Source: Eledone cirrhosa
Lineage: Eukaryota
Reading direction: 5' to 3'
DNA: 64,000 bases
NCBI GenBank assembly: GCA_964016885.1
Contig: OZ024740.1
Coordinates: 97,216,001-97,280,000 of the forward strand
The notes beneath the pieces were generated by a model. It did not search any database. It was not told the DNA's origin and worked only from the letters and a program-made list of their open reading frames with translations. Positions within the stretch are counted from its first letter, which is position 1; every line of letters starts with the position of its first letter. The position numbers and the translations under genes were made by a program. Shown here piece by piece: positions 52,703 through 64,000 of this stretch.

Positions 52703-55700
52703 TCAGATATTCAGGACGTATCGGAGGGTTCTTGCCGTTCCAAGCAAGCATGCCTTTTGAAGCGTTCCAAAAAGCGTGAAGGGGCCGATTTTCTTTAACC
52801 ATCCCTGGAAACCTTTGGAGATAGTCCCCAGTGCGCCTATGACAATCGGGATCACTTTGACTTCATGGCAGTTCCAAATCCTTTTCACCTCCCACTTTAG
52901 GTCCTGGTATCGGTTAATTTTCTCCCTCTCCTTCTCTTGCACTCTCGTGTCGAACGGGCAGGCCACATCCACAATCAGGCACGATCTTTTTTCTTTGTCC
53001 ACAACCACCAGGTCAGGTCTATTGTGTTCCAGTTTTTTGTCCGTCTGTATCCTAAAATCCCACAGCACCTTCACCTGACTGTTCTCCATCACCGTCTCTG
53101 GCCTATGCTCATACCATTTCTCAGAATGTGGTAGATTGTTTACTTTGCACAGGTGCCAGTGGATCACCCTGCCCATCACATCGTGTCTCCAGCCCTTATA
53201 GTGGGTCTGGGCTAGGTGTTTACACTCGGACACAATGTGAGCCACAGTCTCCTCTCTCTCTCCACAGATCCTGCACAGTGGGCTAGCCTCCTCCTTGTAG
53301 ATATGGTGCTTCAACCACTTCGTTTTGAAGGCCTGCTCCTGCGCAGCCATTAGCATTCCTTCTGTAGCCTTTTTGAGGTCTCCTCTTCTCAACCAGTTCC
53401 ATGTCTGTGGATCTCTAAATTCAGTTTTCTCAAAGAAGGTACTATGAAGGGATTTTCCCTTAAGGCTGCTCTTCCTCCTTGATGTTATTTCCTCCTTGGG
53501 TATCCCCTGGCCTACTGTCCCCTCCTTCAGTACAGCTCTGAGCATTGGCTCCTTACTATAGGTCACGTATTTGTATAGGTTGTTTTTCTCCATCTGAACA
53601 CAGTCCTCTATGCTGATAAGACCTCTTCCACCCTCAGATCTCCTTAGGTATAGTCTATCGACATCACTCCTCTTGTGGAACATGTTGTAGATAGTCAATA
53701 GCTTCCTAGTCTTCCTATCCATTTCTTTTTGTTCAGCAACATTCCATCTCAGAATTCCCGCACTGTACCTAATAATAGACACAGCTCGGGAATTTACTGC
53801 GCTTATGGCATTTCTGCTGTTCAGATGTGACTTCAATACGCTCCTTACTCTCCGAATGTATTCAGTTCTTAACAATTCCTTCATTTTTTTGTTCTTTATG
53901 CCATCAGCCTCCAGAACGCCCAAATACTTGTATCCTTCCTCAGAGTCAATTTCCTTTATCATCTCACCTGTTGGTATCTGGATCCCGTTACTTCTGCTCA
54001 ACCTACCCCTCCTCATCACAATGACTCCACATTTACCAATACCAAACTGCATACATATATCACTGCTGAAAATACGGACAGTGTCAACAAGCACATCCAA
54101 CTCCTCACTTTTCCCGAAGAGCTTAAGATCGTCCATGAAGAGGAGGTGATTGATGGTAAGCTCTCCCCTTCCCAACTTGTATCCTGCTCTCACTTTTCGC
54201 AGCATAATGGTCAAGGGCATCAGGGCAAGGACAAACAACAGAGGGGACAGGCTATCTCCCTGGAAGATACCTCTCTTGATCTTCACGCTTCCCAAGGATA
54301 CTCCAGTTGATGTCAACTCTGTCTCCCAGGACCCCATACTCCTGCCCAGCAACTGTCTGATGTTATCTGCCACCCTGAAGATCTCCAGGCTTTTGGTGAT
54401 CCAGGAATGAGGCACCATGTCAAATGCCTTTCTGTAGTCTATCCATCCCATGGCAAGATCAGTGTGTCTCCTCCTGCAATTCCCCATTACCATCTTATCA
54501 ATAAGCAACTGGTCCTTTGTACCACGTGACTTCTTTCGGCATCCTTTCTGTTCGTCCGGCAACAAGTTGTTTGTGTGGAGGTGATGGTAGATTTCCTCAG
54601 ACACAATGCTCGTCAACAGTTTCCACATTACGGGCAGACATGTGATAGGTCTATAGTTGGTAACATCATTACCCTTGATTCGGTCTTTCATTATCAGAAC
54701 TGTGGTACCTTTTGTCAACCACTCTGGCACCTCACCCGACACCAAGCAGTCATTGAACATGGCCGTCAGCTTCGGGTGGAGGGATGTTAAATGTTTAATC
54801 CAATACCCCTGCACACCATCTGGGCCTGGTGATTTCCAGTTGGTTAGTTTTTTGGCTTGCCCCTTAAGAGTTTCAACTGTGATACTCAAATCAGTCTGTT
54901 GCTGTGCCTGCTCACCGATCTCCCTCTGTACTGTCTCAATCCACCCTGCCTGGGCATTGTGTCTAACATCCTGCTCCCATATTCCTCTCCAGAATGTTTT
55001 AGCTTGTTCCGCCCCAGGGATCAAGTCGGTGCCTCTTTCTTTCCCCTCAAGCTGTCCAAACAGCATCTTCTGGTTGTTGTCGAACATGCGGTTCTGTTTA
55101 TACTGACTGACTCTGTTCTCGTATCGCCTGATTTTGGCACTCTTTGCTACAATGCGTTGCTTCAATTCCTCTATGATAATATTTAGCTTTTTACTCCTAG
55201 TTTTGTATTTTATTTCCAGTCTATTTTTAGTGCCTATGTTTTTTAGTGTCCCATTCAGTAGTGACTCAAGCTTTCCTATGTCATTTCTCATTTCCCCGAT
55301 TTGCCCACTCAGTCGCTTCTTCCACCACGGCTCTGCTCTTTCTTGTCTGTTGTTTCCTCTCGCTTTTATACCAAGTAGTTTCCTCACCGTATTTGCTGTT
55401 GCTTTGAGGATATTGTTGCACTGGTGAAGACTCCTCGCCTCAAGGTATGGGATGACTTTGTTTACCTTAGCTGTTGTTTCTTTTAACTTTTTCCTGTCTA
55501 CAAATCTTAGGTTCATAGGTCTCCCACTATCATTGTTCAACTCATCTACCACTAAATTTAGGATGTCAACCGAATCTTGTCCTAGCCCGTCAGCATTCAT
55601 CTCCTCAGTGGCCGTATATCTGTTCCAGGTATTATTTATCTCAGTATTCAGATCATTGTCTGCTTCGGGTGGTTCCTCCGCTCTCAGGACCTCCTCACCT

Positions 55701-56092
55701 TCATTTCCCGCCGGCTCGCTTGTCTGGCATACTACACCCGCCATCTCCAAGCCATTCTCTCTGCTCAGTTCCTCCAGTTCCAGCTCGCTTATCCACCCAT
55801 TAGTTCTTATTACCCGAGCCTGCCCGGCCAATTTTTGTTCATCTAATTTAAATAAACCAATCTCGTTCCAGATGTTATGCATCCGTCTCCTGTAGCCCCT
55901 CTCCTTGGGGTTACTTTTCAGGTAGCATTGCATAACAGTTCTATTCAATTCTTTCGTCCAGTTGGTTCTGGCCCCTTTCCTTCTTCTTCTTCCTCCAACA
56001 TCAGCAGTATTTCGTTGACAGTCAGGTTCCTGCTGCTGAGCCAGGGGGCACCTGTTGGGTGAGAGTCTGTCACATGACGTTCTAGTCTCCAT
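52703..56092 (-). CDS. R4/Dong-type polyprotein: reverse transcriptase + CCHC finger + restriction-like endonuclease (1129 aa)
   Basis: WKSPGPDG, NYRPITCLP, EQKGC..GTKDQLLID, WIDYRKAFDMVPH, GIFQGDSLSPLLF, HLLFMDDLKL, YKYLG, CRICGEREETVAHIVSEC, RHD, RPDLVVVD..IVDVACP..EKINRY. No stops. Confidence 0.96.
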   Translation of the reverse strand: METRTSCDRLSPNRCPLAQQQEPDCQRNTADVGGRRRRKGARTNWTKELNRTVMQCYLKSNPKERGYRRRMHNIWNEIGLFKLDEQKLAGQARVIRTNGWISELELEELSRENGLEMAGVVCQTSEPAGNEGEEVLRAEEPPEADNDLNTEINNTWNRYTATEEMNADGLGQDSVDILNLVVDELNNDSGRPMNLRFVDRKKLKETTAKVNKVIPYLEARSLHQCNNILKATANTVRKLLGIKARGNNRQERAEPWWKKRLSGQIGEMRNDIGKLESLLNGTLKNIGTKNRLEIKYKTRSKKLNIIIEELKQRIVAKSAKIRRYENRVSQYKQNRMFDNNQKMLFGQLEGKERGTDLIPGAEQAKTFWRGIWEQDVRHNAQAGWIETVQREIGEQAQQQTDLSITVETLKGQAKKLTNWKSPGPDGVQGYWIKHLTSLHPKLTAMFNDCLVSGEVPEWLTKGTTVLIMKDRIKGNDVTNYRPITCLPVMWKLLTSIVSEEIYHHLHTNNLLPDEQKGCRKKSRGTKDQLLIDKMVMGNCRRRHTDLAMGWIDYRKAFDMVPHSWITKSLEIFRVADNIRQLLGRSMGSWETELTSTGVSLGSVKIKRGIFQGDSLSPLLFVLALMPLTIMLRKVRAGYKLGRGELTINHLLFMDDLKLFGKSEELDVLVDTVRIFSSDICMQFGIGKCGVIVMRRGRLSRSNGIQIPTGEMIKEIDSEEGYKYLGVLEADGIKNKKMKELLRTEYIRRVRSVLKSHLNSRNAISAVNSRAVSIIRYSAGILRWNVAEQKEMDRKTRKLLTIYNMFHKRSDVDRLYLRRSEGGRGLISIEDCVQMEKNNLYKYVTYSKEPMLRAVLKEGTVGQGIPKEEITSRRKSSLKGKSLHSTFFEKTEFRDPQTWNWLRRGDLKKATEGMLMAAQEQAFKTKWLKHHIYKEEASPLCRICGEREETVAHIVSECKHLAQTHYKGWRHDVMGRVIHWHLCKVNNLPHSEKWYEHRPETVMENSQVKVLWDFRIQTDKKLEHNRPDLVVVDKEKRSCLIVDVACPFDTRVQEKEREKINRYQDLKWEVKRIWNCHEVKVIPIVIGALGTISKGFQGWLKKIGPFTLFGTLQKACLLGTARTLRYVLNI

Positions 56093-56661
56093 TTCACCGT
56101 TATTCGAACTGTTTATGTTCGATATTTAAACACTCTTATCGAGGATTGGCGAATGTATGTTTACATAGCCATCTGTGGATCCGCCATCCCACTTGGCCCT
56201 TGTGTGGCATTATCACCACGCTGTATACGGACACACATAAACAAACAAACACACGGGCAGAAAGGGCCCCAAAAATGAATAAGCATAAGTTTCATTGTAA
56301 TGTAGTATTCGAATGTCTGACTTAGTTTTTGTTTTTTAAGTTTTACTTTTTCCCCCCTCTTCTCTGTCCGTCCGCCTGCTTCTCTCTTCATTCTTATTTT
56401 CTTTACGTTTTTGGGGTTTCTTTTTTTGTTTTTGTTTTTCTCTGTTTTTCTCGTTTTTTACTGTTGTTGCTGTGCTGCTTTTGTTGTTTGTTTTTTCTTT
56501 TTTCTTTTGAGTCTATCTATATATTTTGATGCCTTCCTCTTTGTTAGTAGTAGGAATTCTATAATGTGGAAGTGGTAGCCAGCAGAGACTAGCGGCGTTG
56601 GCGATACTGAGACAGTGGTGGCGGTGATGTCGATACCGAGGCAGTGGTGGCGGTGATGCGA

Positions 56662-57307
56662 CCGTATTACTGTAGTGATGGTGCTGTAGCGGTGGCAGCA
56701 GCAGTGAAGGAGTCAGGGGGTGGTGGCGGCGGTGATGGGATAGTGGTGGTAATGATGGCCGTAGTGAGCGGTGGCGGTGAAGGTGAAAATGCTGTTGTGT
56801 TTAGTGTACACAGATGATGGGGTGGGTGGTGTATCTAGTTTCTGGTGTTGGTGAGTTTCGCTGTCCTATATAGTGTAGCCAGAGGAGAGGAGGGGGGGGG
56901 TTCTTCTTCTTCCATTTATAGCCATTTTATTTATTTTTTTTTTTTTGGATATACAGTGTACAATACAAAGTTGAATATTTGAATATTTGAGCCGTATTAC
57001 TGTAGTGATGGTGCTGTAGCGGTGGCAGCAGCAGTGAAGGAGTCAAGGGGTGGTGGCGGCGGTGATGGGATAGTGGTGGTAATGATGGCCGTAGTGAGCG
57101 GTGGCGGTGAAGGTGAAAATGCTGTTGTGTTTAGTGTACACAGATGATGGGGTGGGCGGTGTATCTAGTTTCTGGTGTTGGTGAGTTTAGCTGTCCTATA
57201 TAGTGTAGCCAGAGGAGAGGAGGGGGGGGGTTCTTCTTCCATTTATAGCCATTTTTTTTTGGATATACAGTGTACAATACAAAGTTGAATATTTGAATAT
57301 TTGAGCC
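56662..57307. repeat. Near-identical ~330-bp tandem duplication upstream of the Dong ORF
   Basis: CCGTATTACTGTAGTGATGG...GAATATTTGAATATTTGAGCC starts at 56662 and 56992. Confidence 0.93.
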
Positions 57308-57513
57308 TTATAACAATATATTTTGGGTCCGAATTTTTTGGGGCTCAAGCCGGGTGCTTTACGTAGCATTTGTACTAAGAGTTGTTATTTCACAAATGAT
57401 TTAAATATGTTAAAAATTCAAAACTTACGGGAGCGATTTCATGACCTCCGTCACCTCGTGCGTCTTCTTCCCTTATTCTTCTTCTTCTTATTATTATTAT
57501 TATTATTATTATT

Positions 57514-58562
57514 TGCATTTATCTTGCTTTATGTTTATACGAGTTATCACCAAGTCACAACCAGTGACCTCAAGAGACAACAAGGTCCGCCATGTTCAAG
57601 AAAGAACACACATATTCACACATGCATCCTTAGTGTTTAGACTTGTGATGTACTTATATTGACAGGATCTTCCTTAGTATATGGGCAGTTCCCATTAGTA
57701 CTATCTTTTGTATTTCTCCTATACGCGGGTTTCCTGGGATTTGCGATAAGTAGTCGTTAGACCCCTTAGGTATCATTCCCAGAGCGCCTACAACCACTGG
57801 TATTGTTTTAGTTCTCAATTTCCACATTTTTCCAATTTCTATCTCCAGGTCCTTATACTTGCTCAATTTTTCAAATGTTTTTATAGATACATTCTTGTCT
57901 ATTGGAACAGACATATCAATTAGCAGGCATACCCTCCTTTGAAAGTCCTTCAATATTATATCAGGTCTATTTGCATCTATTTTTCGGTCTGTTTGGATGC
58001 TAAAGTTCCACAAGATTGAGATGTGATCTTTTTCAAGTATGGGAGGTGGTTGATGCTCCCACCAATTCTTTTGATGGGGCAGGTCAAAATGCTTACACAT
58101 TATCCAATGTATGTATTGTGCAGCTCTGTCATGCCTGTTTAGGTATTCGGTTGGAGCTATAGGACTGCACATTGAAATTATATGGTCAATGGTCTCTGGT
58201 TGTTTTTTGCATACACGGCATAATGGGCTGCACCCATTTTTTATTATGTTGGCTTGGTAATTTTTTGTTGGCAGACACTGATCTTGTGCGGAGATAATCA
58301 GTCCTTCAGTCTCCGATTTCAGTCCAGAGGATGCCAACCACTGATGGGTTAAAGTTTTGTCAACATCAGGATTGTTAGCTCGCTCTGGGTATTTTCCATA
58401 CAGAGGCTTTTCTTGCCATTTCTTAGCCAGTTTCTGTAGCAGTTCTTTCTTTGCAGTTACTTTTACCTGCTTTGCTTTTTCTGTGTTTTCCATTTCAGCA
58501 GTAAATGGGACTTCTGAAATTTGTAGTCCATTACTGTATCTTTGTGCATCTTTTGTAATGGA
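57514..58562 (-). mobile_element. 5'-truncated R4/Dong element of a second family
   Basis: ORF 57654-58493: GLKSETEGLIISAQDQCL, CRVCKKQPETIDHIISMC, RHD, RPDIILKD..LIDMSVP..EKLSKY. (TTA)n on both sides. Confidence 0.92.
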
Positions 58563-58622
<60 letters not shown>

Positions 58623-58623
<1 letters not shown>

Positions 58624-59769
58624 TTCTCTGAGTCTCAGTCATTGATGTTATTTAACTGGAAAGTTTGTTGAAATGAATATCAAGCTACTACCTGCAGCCT
58701 CAGATATTCAGGACGTATCGGAGGGTTCTTGCTGTTCCCAGCAAGCATGCCTTTTGAAGTGTCCCAAAAAGCGGGGCGGGGCCAATTTTCTTTAACCATC
58801 CCTGGAAACTTTTTGAGATAGTACCTAGTGCGCCTATGACAATCTGGACCACTTTGACTTCATGGCAGATCCAAATCATTTTTACCTCCCACTTTAAGTC
58901 CTGTTATCGGTTAATTTTCTCCCTCTCCTTCTCTTGCACTCTCGTGTGGAATAGGCAGGCCACATCCACAATCAGGCACGATCTTTTTTCCTTGTCGAAA
59001 ACCACTAGGCCAGGTCTATTGTGTTCCAGTTTCTTGTCCGTCTGTATCCTAAAATCCCATAGCACCTTCACCTGATCGTTTTCTATCACCGTCTCTGGCT
59101 TATGCTCATACCACTTCTCAGAATGTGGCAAATTGTTTACTTTGCATAGGTGCCAGTGGATCACCCTGCCCATCACATCATGTCTCCGGCCTTTATAGTG
59201 AGTCTCGGCTAGGTGTTTACACTCGGATACAATGTGAGCCACAGTCTCCTCTCTCTCTCCACAGATCCTGCACAGAGGGCTAGCCTCATCTTTGTAAATA
59301 TGGTGTTTAAGCCACTTCGTTTTGAGGGCCTACTCTTGCGTAGCCATTAGCATTCCTTCTGTAGCCTTTTTAAGGTCTCCTCTTCTCAACCAGTTCCATG
59401 TCTGTGGATCTCTGAATTCTGTTTTCTCAAAGAAGGTACTATGAAGGGATTTTTCAGGAAGGTTGCTCTTTCTCCTCATTGTTATTTCCTCCTTGGACAT
59501 CCCCTGGTCTATTGTCCTCTCCTTCAGTACAATTCTGAGCATTGGCTCCTTACTATCAGTCACGTATTTGTGTAGGTTGTTTTTCTACATCTGAACACAG
59601 TCCTTTATGCTGGTAAAACCTCTTCCACCCTCAGATCTCCTTAAGTAGAGTATATCGACATCACTCCTCTTGTGGAACATGTTGTAGATAGTCAATAGCT
59701 TCCTAGTCTTCCTCTCCATTTCTTTTTGTTCAGCAATATTCCATCTCAGAATTCCCGCACTGTACCTAA
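58623..59769 (-). mobile_element. 5'-truncated, mutated sister copy of the 52.6-57.5 kb Dong element
   Basis: Colinear with about 52630-53770 including the 3' UTR; stops and frameshift; (TTA)n at 58563-58622 and 59770-59832. Confidence 0.93.
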
Positions 59770-59832
<63 letters not shown>

Positions 59833-60342
59833 GGCGACCTACGTAGTAAATCATATCATCGTGAGCTCCGCAAAGGTTTGTTATTTTCAGTTATTTAAAA
59901 TTGCCATTCATGGAAAATTTTGATTGGTAACTCTATACATTGATTTGAACACATATATTGATTTCTGAAAAGGACACTCAAAAATATTGGGGCCTTCAGC
60001 CCAAAATTTAAACTTTTTATAATTATCAAACAAAAATTTTTCTTGGAAAGATAATGGATTACTCAGAGTCACTCCTTCCTCACAGTCCAACACCTCACAC
60101 CGACACCACCATTGTAAATATTGCTACGTTTGTCAACACTGGAATTGTAAGCAGTAGCAATATTTTTAATTTGTCTCAGACAGACGTTCATTTCCCGCCA
60201 TTACCAATGACTGCAGGTGTTAAAGGTGCCACCACCACCACCACCACCATCGCGACAACCACCACCCCCACCACCACCACAGCGACAACAGAAACAAAAG
60301 AAAAAAACATTAACTCATGATATCGAAATTAATTAAACCAAA

Positions 60343-62008
60343 ATGAATTCTTCCACACCGAACACAACTGACACCACCACCACCACAACTGAAACTAAAA
60401 TTAACAATAGCAAAAATAACGATAACAACAACAGCAACAATGAAATTAAGAAAACTACCCTGAGTTTTGCTAGAGTAGCAAAAACGTGCGAAGCGATCCA
60501 TGTAACTCAAGAAGAATTAGACGAAGCCATAGGAATGGTAAAGAAAGATGGGTACAGGGTCAATTCCCCCCACCTAATAAAATGGAGCAACGTCGCCTAT
60601 GCACCGTGTCGTATCGGACAATAAACATAAAATCGCGCCGAGTGGAACGGGCATCTGAGTCCCAAATCCAAAAAGATTTGGGACATGTGTGGGCAAAAAA
60701 AACCCCACATCAGACGTGGGCAGAAGTATGGAACCGTGGACGTGTTCTTTGAAACACCACAGGAGACCAGAGAACACTCCATGGCCCCATTAAGAAGTGA
60801 CGACTTCACACTCATCCCAAGCTATTGTGGCCAGAGACTTGTGAAGATCAGGGTGACCCACGTTCCACCGGCCATCGAAATTCCTTGGCTAATGGCTGCC
60901 GTCCTCGCCGGCATCGAGGCCAACACCAAAATAATAGAAATAGCAAAAGAAAAGCAGGAGAACTGGTCCGGATCTGGGATGGAGCTCCTGATCCAAGCGG
61001 ACCATAAAAGCATTGAGGAGATCCCAGAGGTAATAGACCTCACTGACGGCAGCCACCTCACCGTAATCGTCGAGGGCAGAAGACCTAGGTGTGTCGTTTG
61101 TGGTGAAGGAACCCACCTAAGAGCTTTCTGCCCTCAGGCTAAAAGGTTGAGGCCACCTCTCTTAGACACCCCAGTGAATCAACCATCAACACCACCAGCA
61201 GCAGAAATAGCAGCAACAACTGTAGCAGCAACAACAGAAGCAACTGTAACAGCAACAACCCCAGCAACAGTAGCAAAACCAACACCACCACCACCCAACG
61301 CCCCAGAACTAGCACCAGCGCCTACACCATCCACCACGCTACAACCAAAACCAACGCCTGTGAAGGATTTTCCACTCTCCGGCTTATCGCAACTGGAGAC
61401 AGATTGTGACGACGAGAAGTGGGAAACGATATCAGAAAAAAGAAAAAAAAAGAAACCAAAAAAGAAAAAATTCTCTTCCTTCCCCCTCAAAAAACAAAAT
61501 ACAGAGGGAAACAAATAAATTATCGAACAAGAAAGTTAAGACAGATACGCCACCATCCACACCAGCATCACCAACCCCATCACCACAAACACCAACACCA
61601 TCACCATCATTAACCTCAACACCACCATCACCAACACCACAAAAGTCACCAAAAAGCGTAACAGAAACAAACCCGCAACAAATGCAAACAAAACAAAACA
61701 ACCAAAACGATACACACTACACAGCATTAAATTTGAACAACAACCAATTATTACACTACATGCAACCGAACACCAGCATCACAGAAAAAGACTACACAAC
61801 AAGCCAAAAGTTCACACCACCTCCACACATACAAATCACTCGCATCACACAGAAAACGTACACGGCACTAAAACAAAAATTCCCCAAAGACATCGGAGAC
61901 TTCCGACAAACACTCTCCAGGAGGATTTATAAGGACATCCTTCCGGAGGAGGCCACAAGCAGTGAAAAGGATGGACAAACCATCCTTCCTCTACGAGAAG
62001 TAAGGTAA
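60343..62008 (+). pseudogene. Tx1-like ORF1 (gag-like, zinc knuckle), disrupted
   Basis: LSFARVAK; VIVEGRRPRCVVCGEGTHLRAFCP (CX2CX4HX4C); P/T-rich and K-rich tracts. Split over 60343-60624, 60685-61518 and 61406-62008. Confidence 0.78.
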
Positions 62009-62042
62009 GTGGTCTTTCCCATCTTTTCCACTCCATTTCAAC

Positions 62043-64000
62043 ATGACCTCACTCAGAATAGGCAGCATAAATGCGCGTGGCCTGGGGTTGTCATGGATGC
62101 AGGGCCACCTGCTCAACAACCTCAGGTCACTAAACATAGATGTAGTGGCCATCAGCTAGACCAGAATCTCCGAAGCACGGGCCTTCGCACCGAACTTCGG
62201 CGGCTACGATGTGTACGCATCTCCCAGAAGTCCGGGATCGGGGGGAGGAGTTGCTGTGCTTTTTCGGACAGGTTTGGATTTCGCCATACGGGCCATCTTC
62301 CTGGATCCAGAAGGTAAGCTGTTGGTGCTAGACGTGACCAGCGGAGACGGGCAAGCTTTCAGGCTAGTGGCCGTCTATGTCCCGACAGGTGGAGGGCGGC
62401 CTGATTTCTTCCGGTCTGGAGATCTTTCTTGGAACGTCCCGGTTTAGTGTTAGTGGGCGATTGGAACGGGTTCTTAGATGCACGCTGGGACTGTGTGGTA
62501 TTAGCGGATAGGAGAGGAGGGTGCAAGAGCCTCACCAAACTGCTCAGGCGTTTTCAACTGTCTGACAGGTACCGATTGGATTTCCCGAATGTGCCAATGT
62601 GGAATTGGACAAATCGCATAGGGTCATCCAGATCATATCTAGATAGAGTATTTTGTAGAGAAATAGATAGGTCTAGCATAGGCTGTCCACAATTCAAGAT
62701 AGTCAGCTACACGGACCACAAATTCGTGATCTGTGTGCTTGACTTAGATAGGCTTCATAGACGAGGACCCGGCTACTGGAAGCTAAACGCGTCTTTACCA
62801 GCGCGCAAGGCCTACAGAGACCGGATTAGCGAACTAGTTAAGCGGGCGTTGACGGGGGCCATCGTCAACAACAAGTTGTGGTTTGCTCTGAATAGAGCAA
62901 TTAGAATAGAGTCCATTAGGTTTAGTAAGGCTTTAGCAATAGAGAAAAATAGAGCAGAGGGAGAATTAGTTAGAAAATTAGACGAGGCGCTTAACAAAGG
63001 CATCGCGACCGACGTACTTGCGGCAAAATTGGCCCATGACCAATTCTTCAATGCAAAGCACGAAGGCTGCGTTGTCAGAGCTAGGGTGCGTGCTCTCAGA
63101 CACGAGGGAACGAAAGCCGTTCAATGGGCCCGAGTGGCGGAGGCGCGTCGTGGCAACAAAGCCACGATCCGGTCTTTGGTGGACCTCGACGGGCGCATGC
63201 TACTCGATCCCGGGTAAATATGCGAAACTTTTCAGCGACGCTTCGCTCAGTTGTTCGGGGGCAGCGGCGGGCCGGATTGAGGGATGGACTTTAGTGTCTA
63301 CCTCGACGGACTGCCGCGGCTCTCGGCCACTGAAGCGGAGTGTTGCGAAAAGCCGATAACAGCCGCTGAAGTACGGGAGGCAATGATTAGCTGCACAAGG
63401 GGTAAATTGCCTGGTTTGGATGGTCTGCCCTATGAACTTTACGTACAGATGCCAGACTTGTGCGGAGGCCTCTTGGCGGACGTCTACTCCAACTGGCAAC
63501 AGAACGGAGAATTCCCAGCTCTGTGAGCCGAGAAGCTGTGGCGCTGCTGAGAAAGGATCCGAACAAGATGGATAACATAGATAATTTCAGGCCCATAACT
63601 CTGCTAAACACAGAGTTCAAGATTTTGGCCAAGGTGCTAGCAAAGAGGTTGGCGCTTGTCATTGGTGGTCTGGTGGGAGAGGCGCAGACGTGCGCCATTT
63701 CCGACAGATCCATCCACGACAACCTCCACCTCATGCGATACATCGTAGAGAGGGTAGCTAGGGAACCAGGCACGGGTGGGTCCTTGATAAATTTAGATCA
63801 GTCGAAAGCTTTCGATGGAGTCGACCATCGTTAGCGAGCGGCAGTCTTGAAGGCGGGTGGCTTTGGGCCCGGCTTCTGAGGCTGGATCGCTGCCATGCAC
63901 AGCGACATCTGCTCTGTGGTGAGAGTGAACTGTCACCTTTCGGAACCGTTCAACATCATGCGCTCGGTCCGCCAAGGATGTCCCCTCCCGTCCCTCTTGT
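62043..64000 (+). pseudogene. Tx1/L1 ORF2 (APE endonuclease + RT), disrupted
   Basis: MTSLRIGSINARGL, FRLVAVYVP, LVGDWN, SYLDRV, YTDHK, GPGYWKLNAS, KLPGLDGLPYELY, NFRPITLLNTEFKILAK, LDQSKAFDGVDH, SVRQGCPL. Multiple stops and frameshifts. Confidence 0.92.

Larger units (their letters stand above)
52614..57474 (-). mobile_element. Apparently full-length R4/Dong-clade non-LTR retrotransposon in a (TTC)n(TTA)n target
   Basis: Single intact ORF and short 3' UTR. Flanked by the identical 39-nt ATTCTTCTTCTTCTT(ATT)8 at 52575-52613 and 57475-57513, each preceded by GTCTTCTTC (putative TSD). Confidence 0.85.
60060..64000 (+). mobile_element. Tx1/L1-type LINE, decayed, continues beyond the window (5' boundary approximate)
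   Basis: ORF1 pieces followed by ORF2 with APE and RT; GC-richer than flanks. Confidence 0.88.

Noticed and set aside
52776-56062. Plus-strand ORFs overlapping the Dong ORF, and antisense ORFs over RTE/Tx1
   Set aside because: Shadow frames of the retroelement coding strand.
56093-57474. HDV-like ribozyme expected at the 5' end of an R2/R4-type element
   Set aside because: I could not assemble a P1/P1.1/P2/P3 nested pseudoknot by eye (GGCCCTT/AAGGGCC and GCTCCCGT candidates lack partners). Needs a descriptor search.

Overview
AT-rich, repeat-saturated eukaryotic (animal) DNA. The SINE, RTE and (TA)n content suggests a cephalopod (Octopus-like) genome, which is an inference. No host protein-coding gene can be supported; most listed ORFs are microsatellite or antisense artefacts. 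The window holds: (i) an apparently full-length R4/Dong-type non-LTR retrotransposon with an intact 1129-aa RT + CCHC + restriction-like endonuclease ORF, stacked with two truncated Dong copies in (TAA)n; (ii) a decayed Tx1/L1-type LINE running off the right end, plus a TSD-flanked Tx1 3' fragment; (iii) many RTE LINE fragments, two with a PHD-like finger inside the RT region; (iv) Buster/Charlie-type hAT remnants, tRNA-derived SINEs and a probable non-autonomous Helitron; (v) most notably, at least seven type-I hammerhead ribozyme (HHR) motifs, plus degenerate ones, in short islands among (TA)n tracts. The HHRs include one downstream of a Penelope-like GIY-YIG remnant, one in a 662-bp partial tandem (retrozyme-like), and two oppositely oriented copies in a near-perfect 226-bp-arm palindrome that appears to belong to a family of small non-coding asymmetric hairpin elements.
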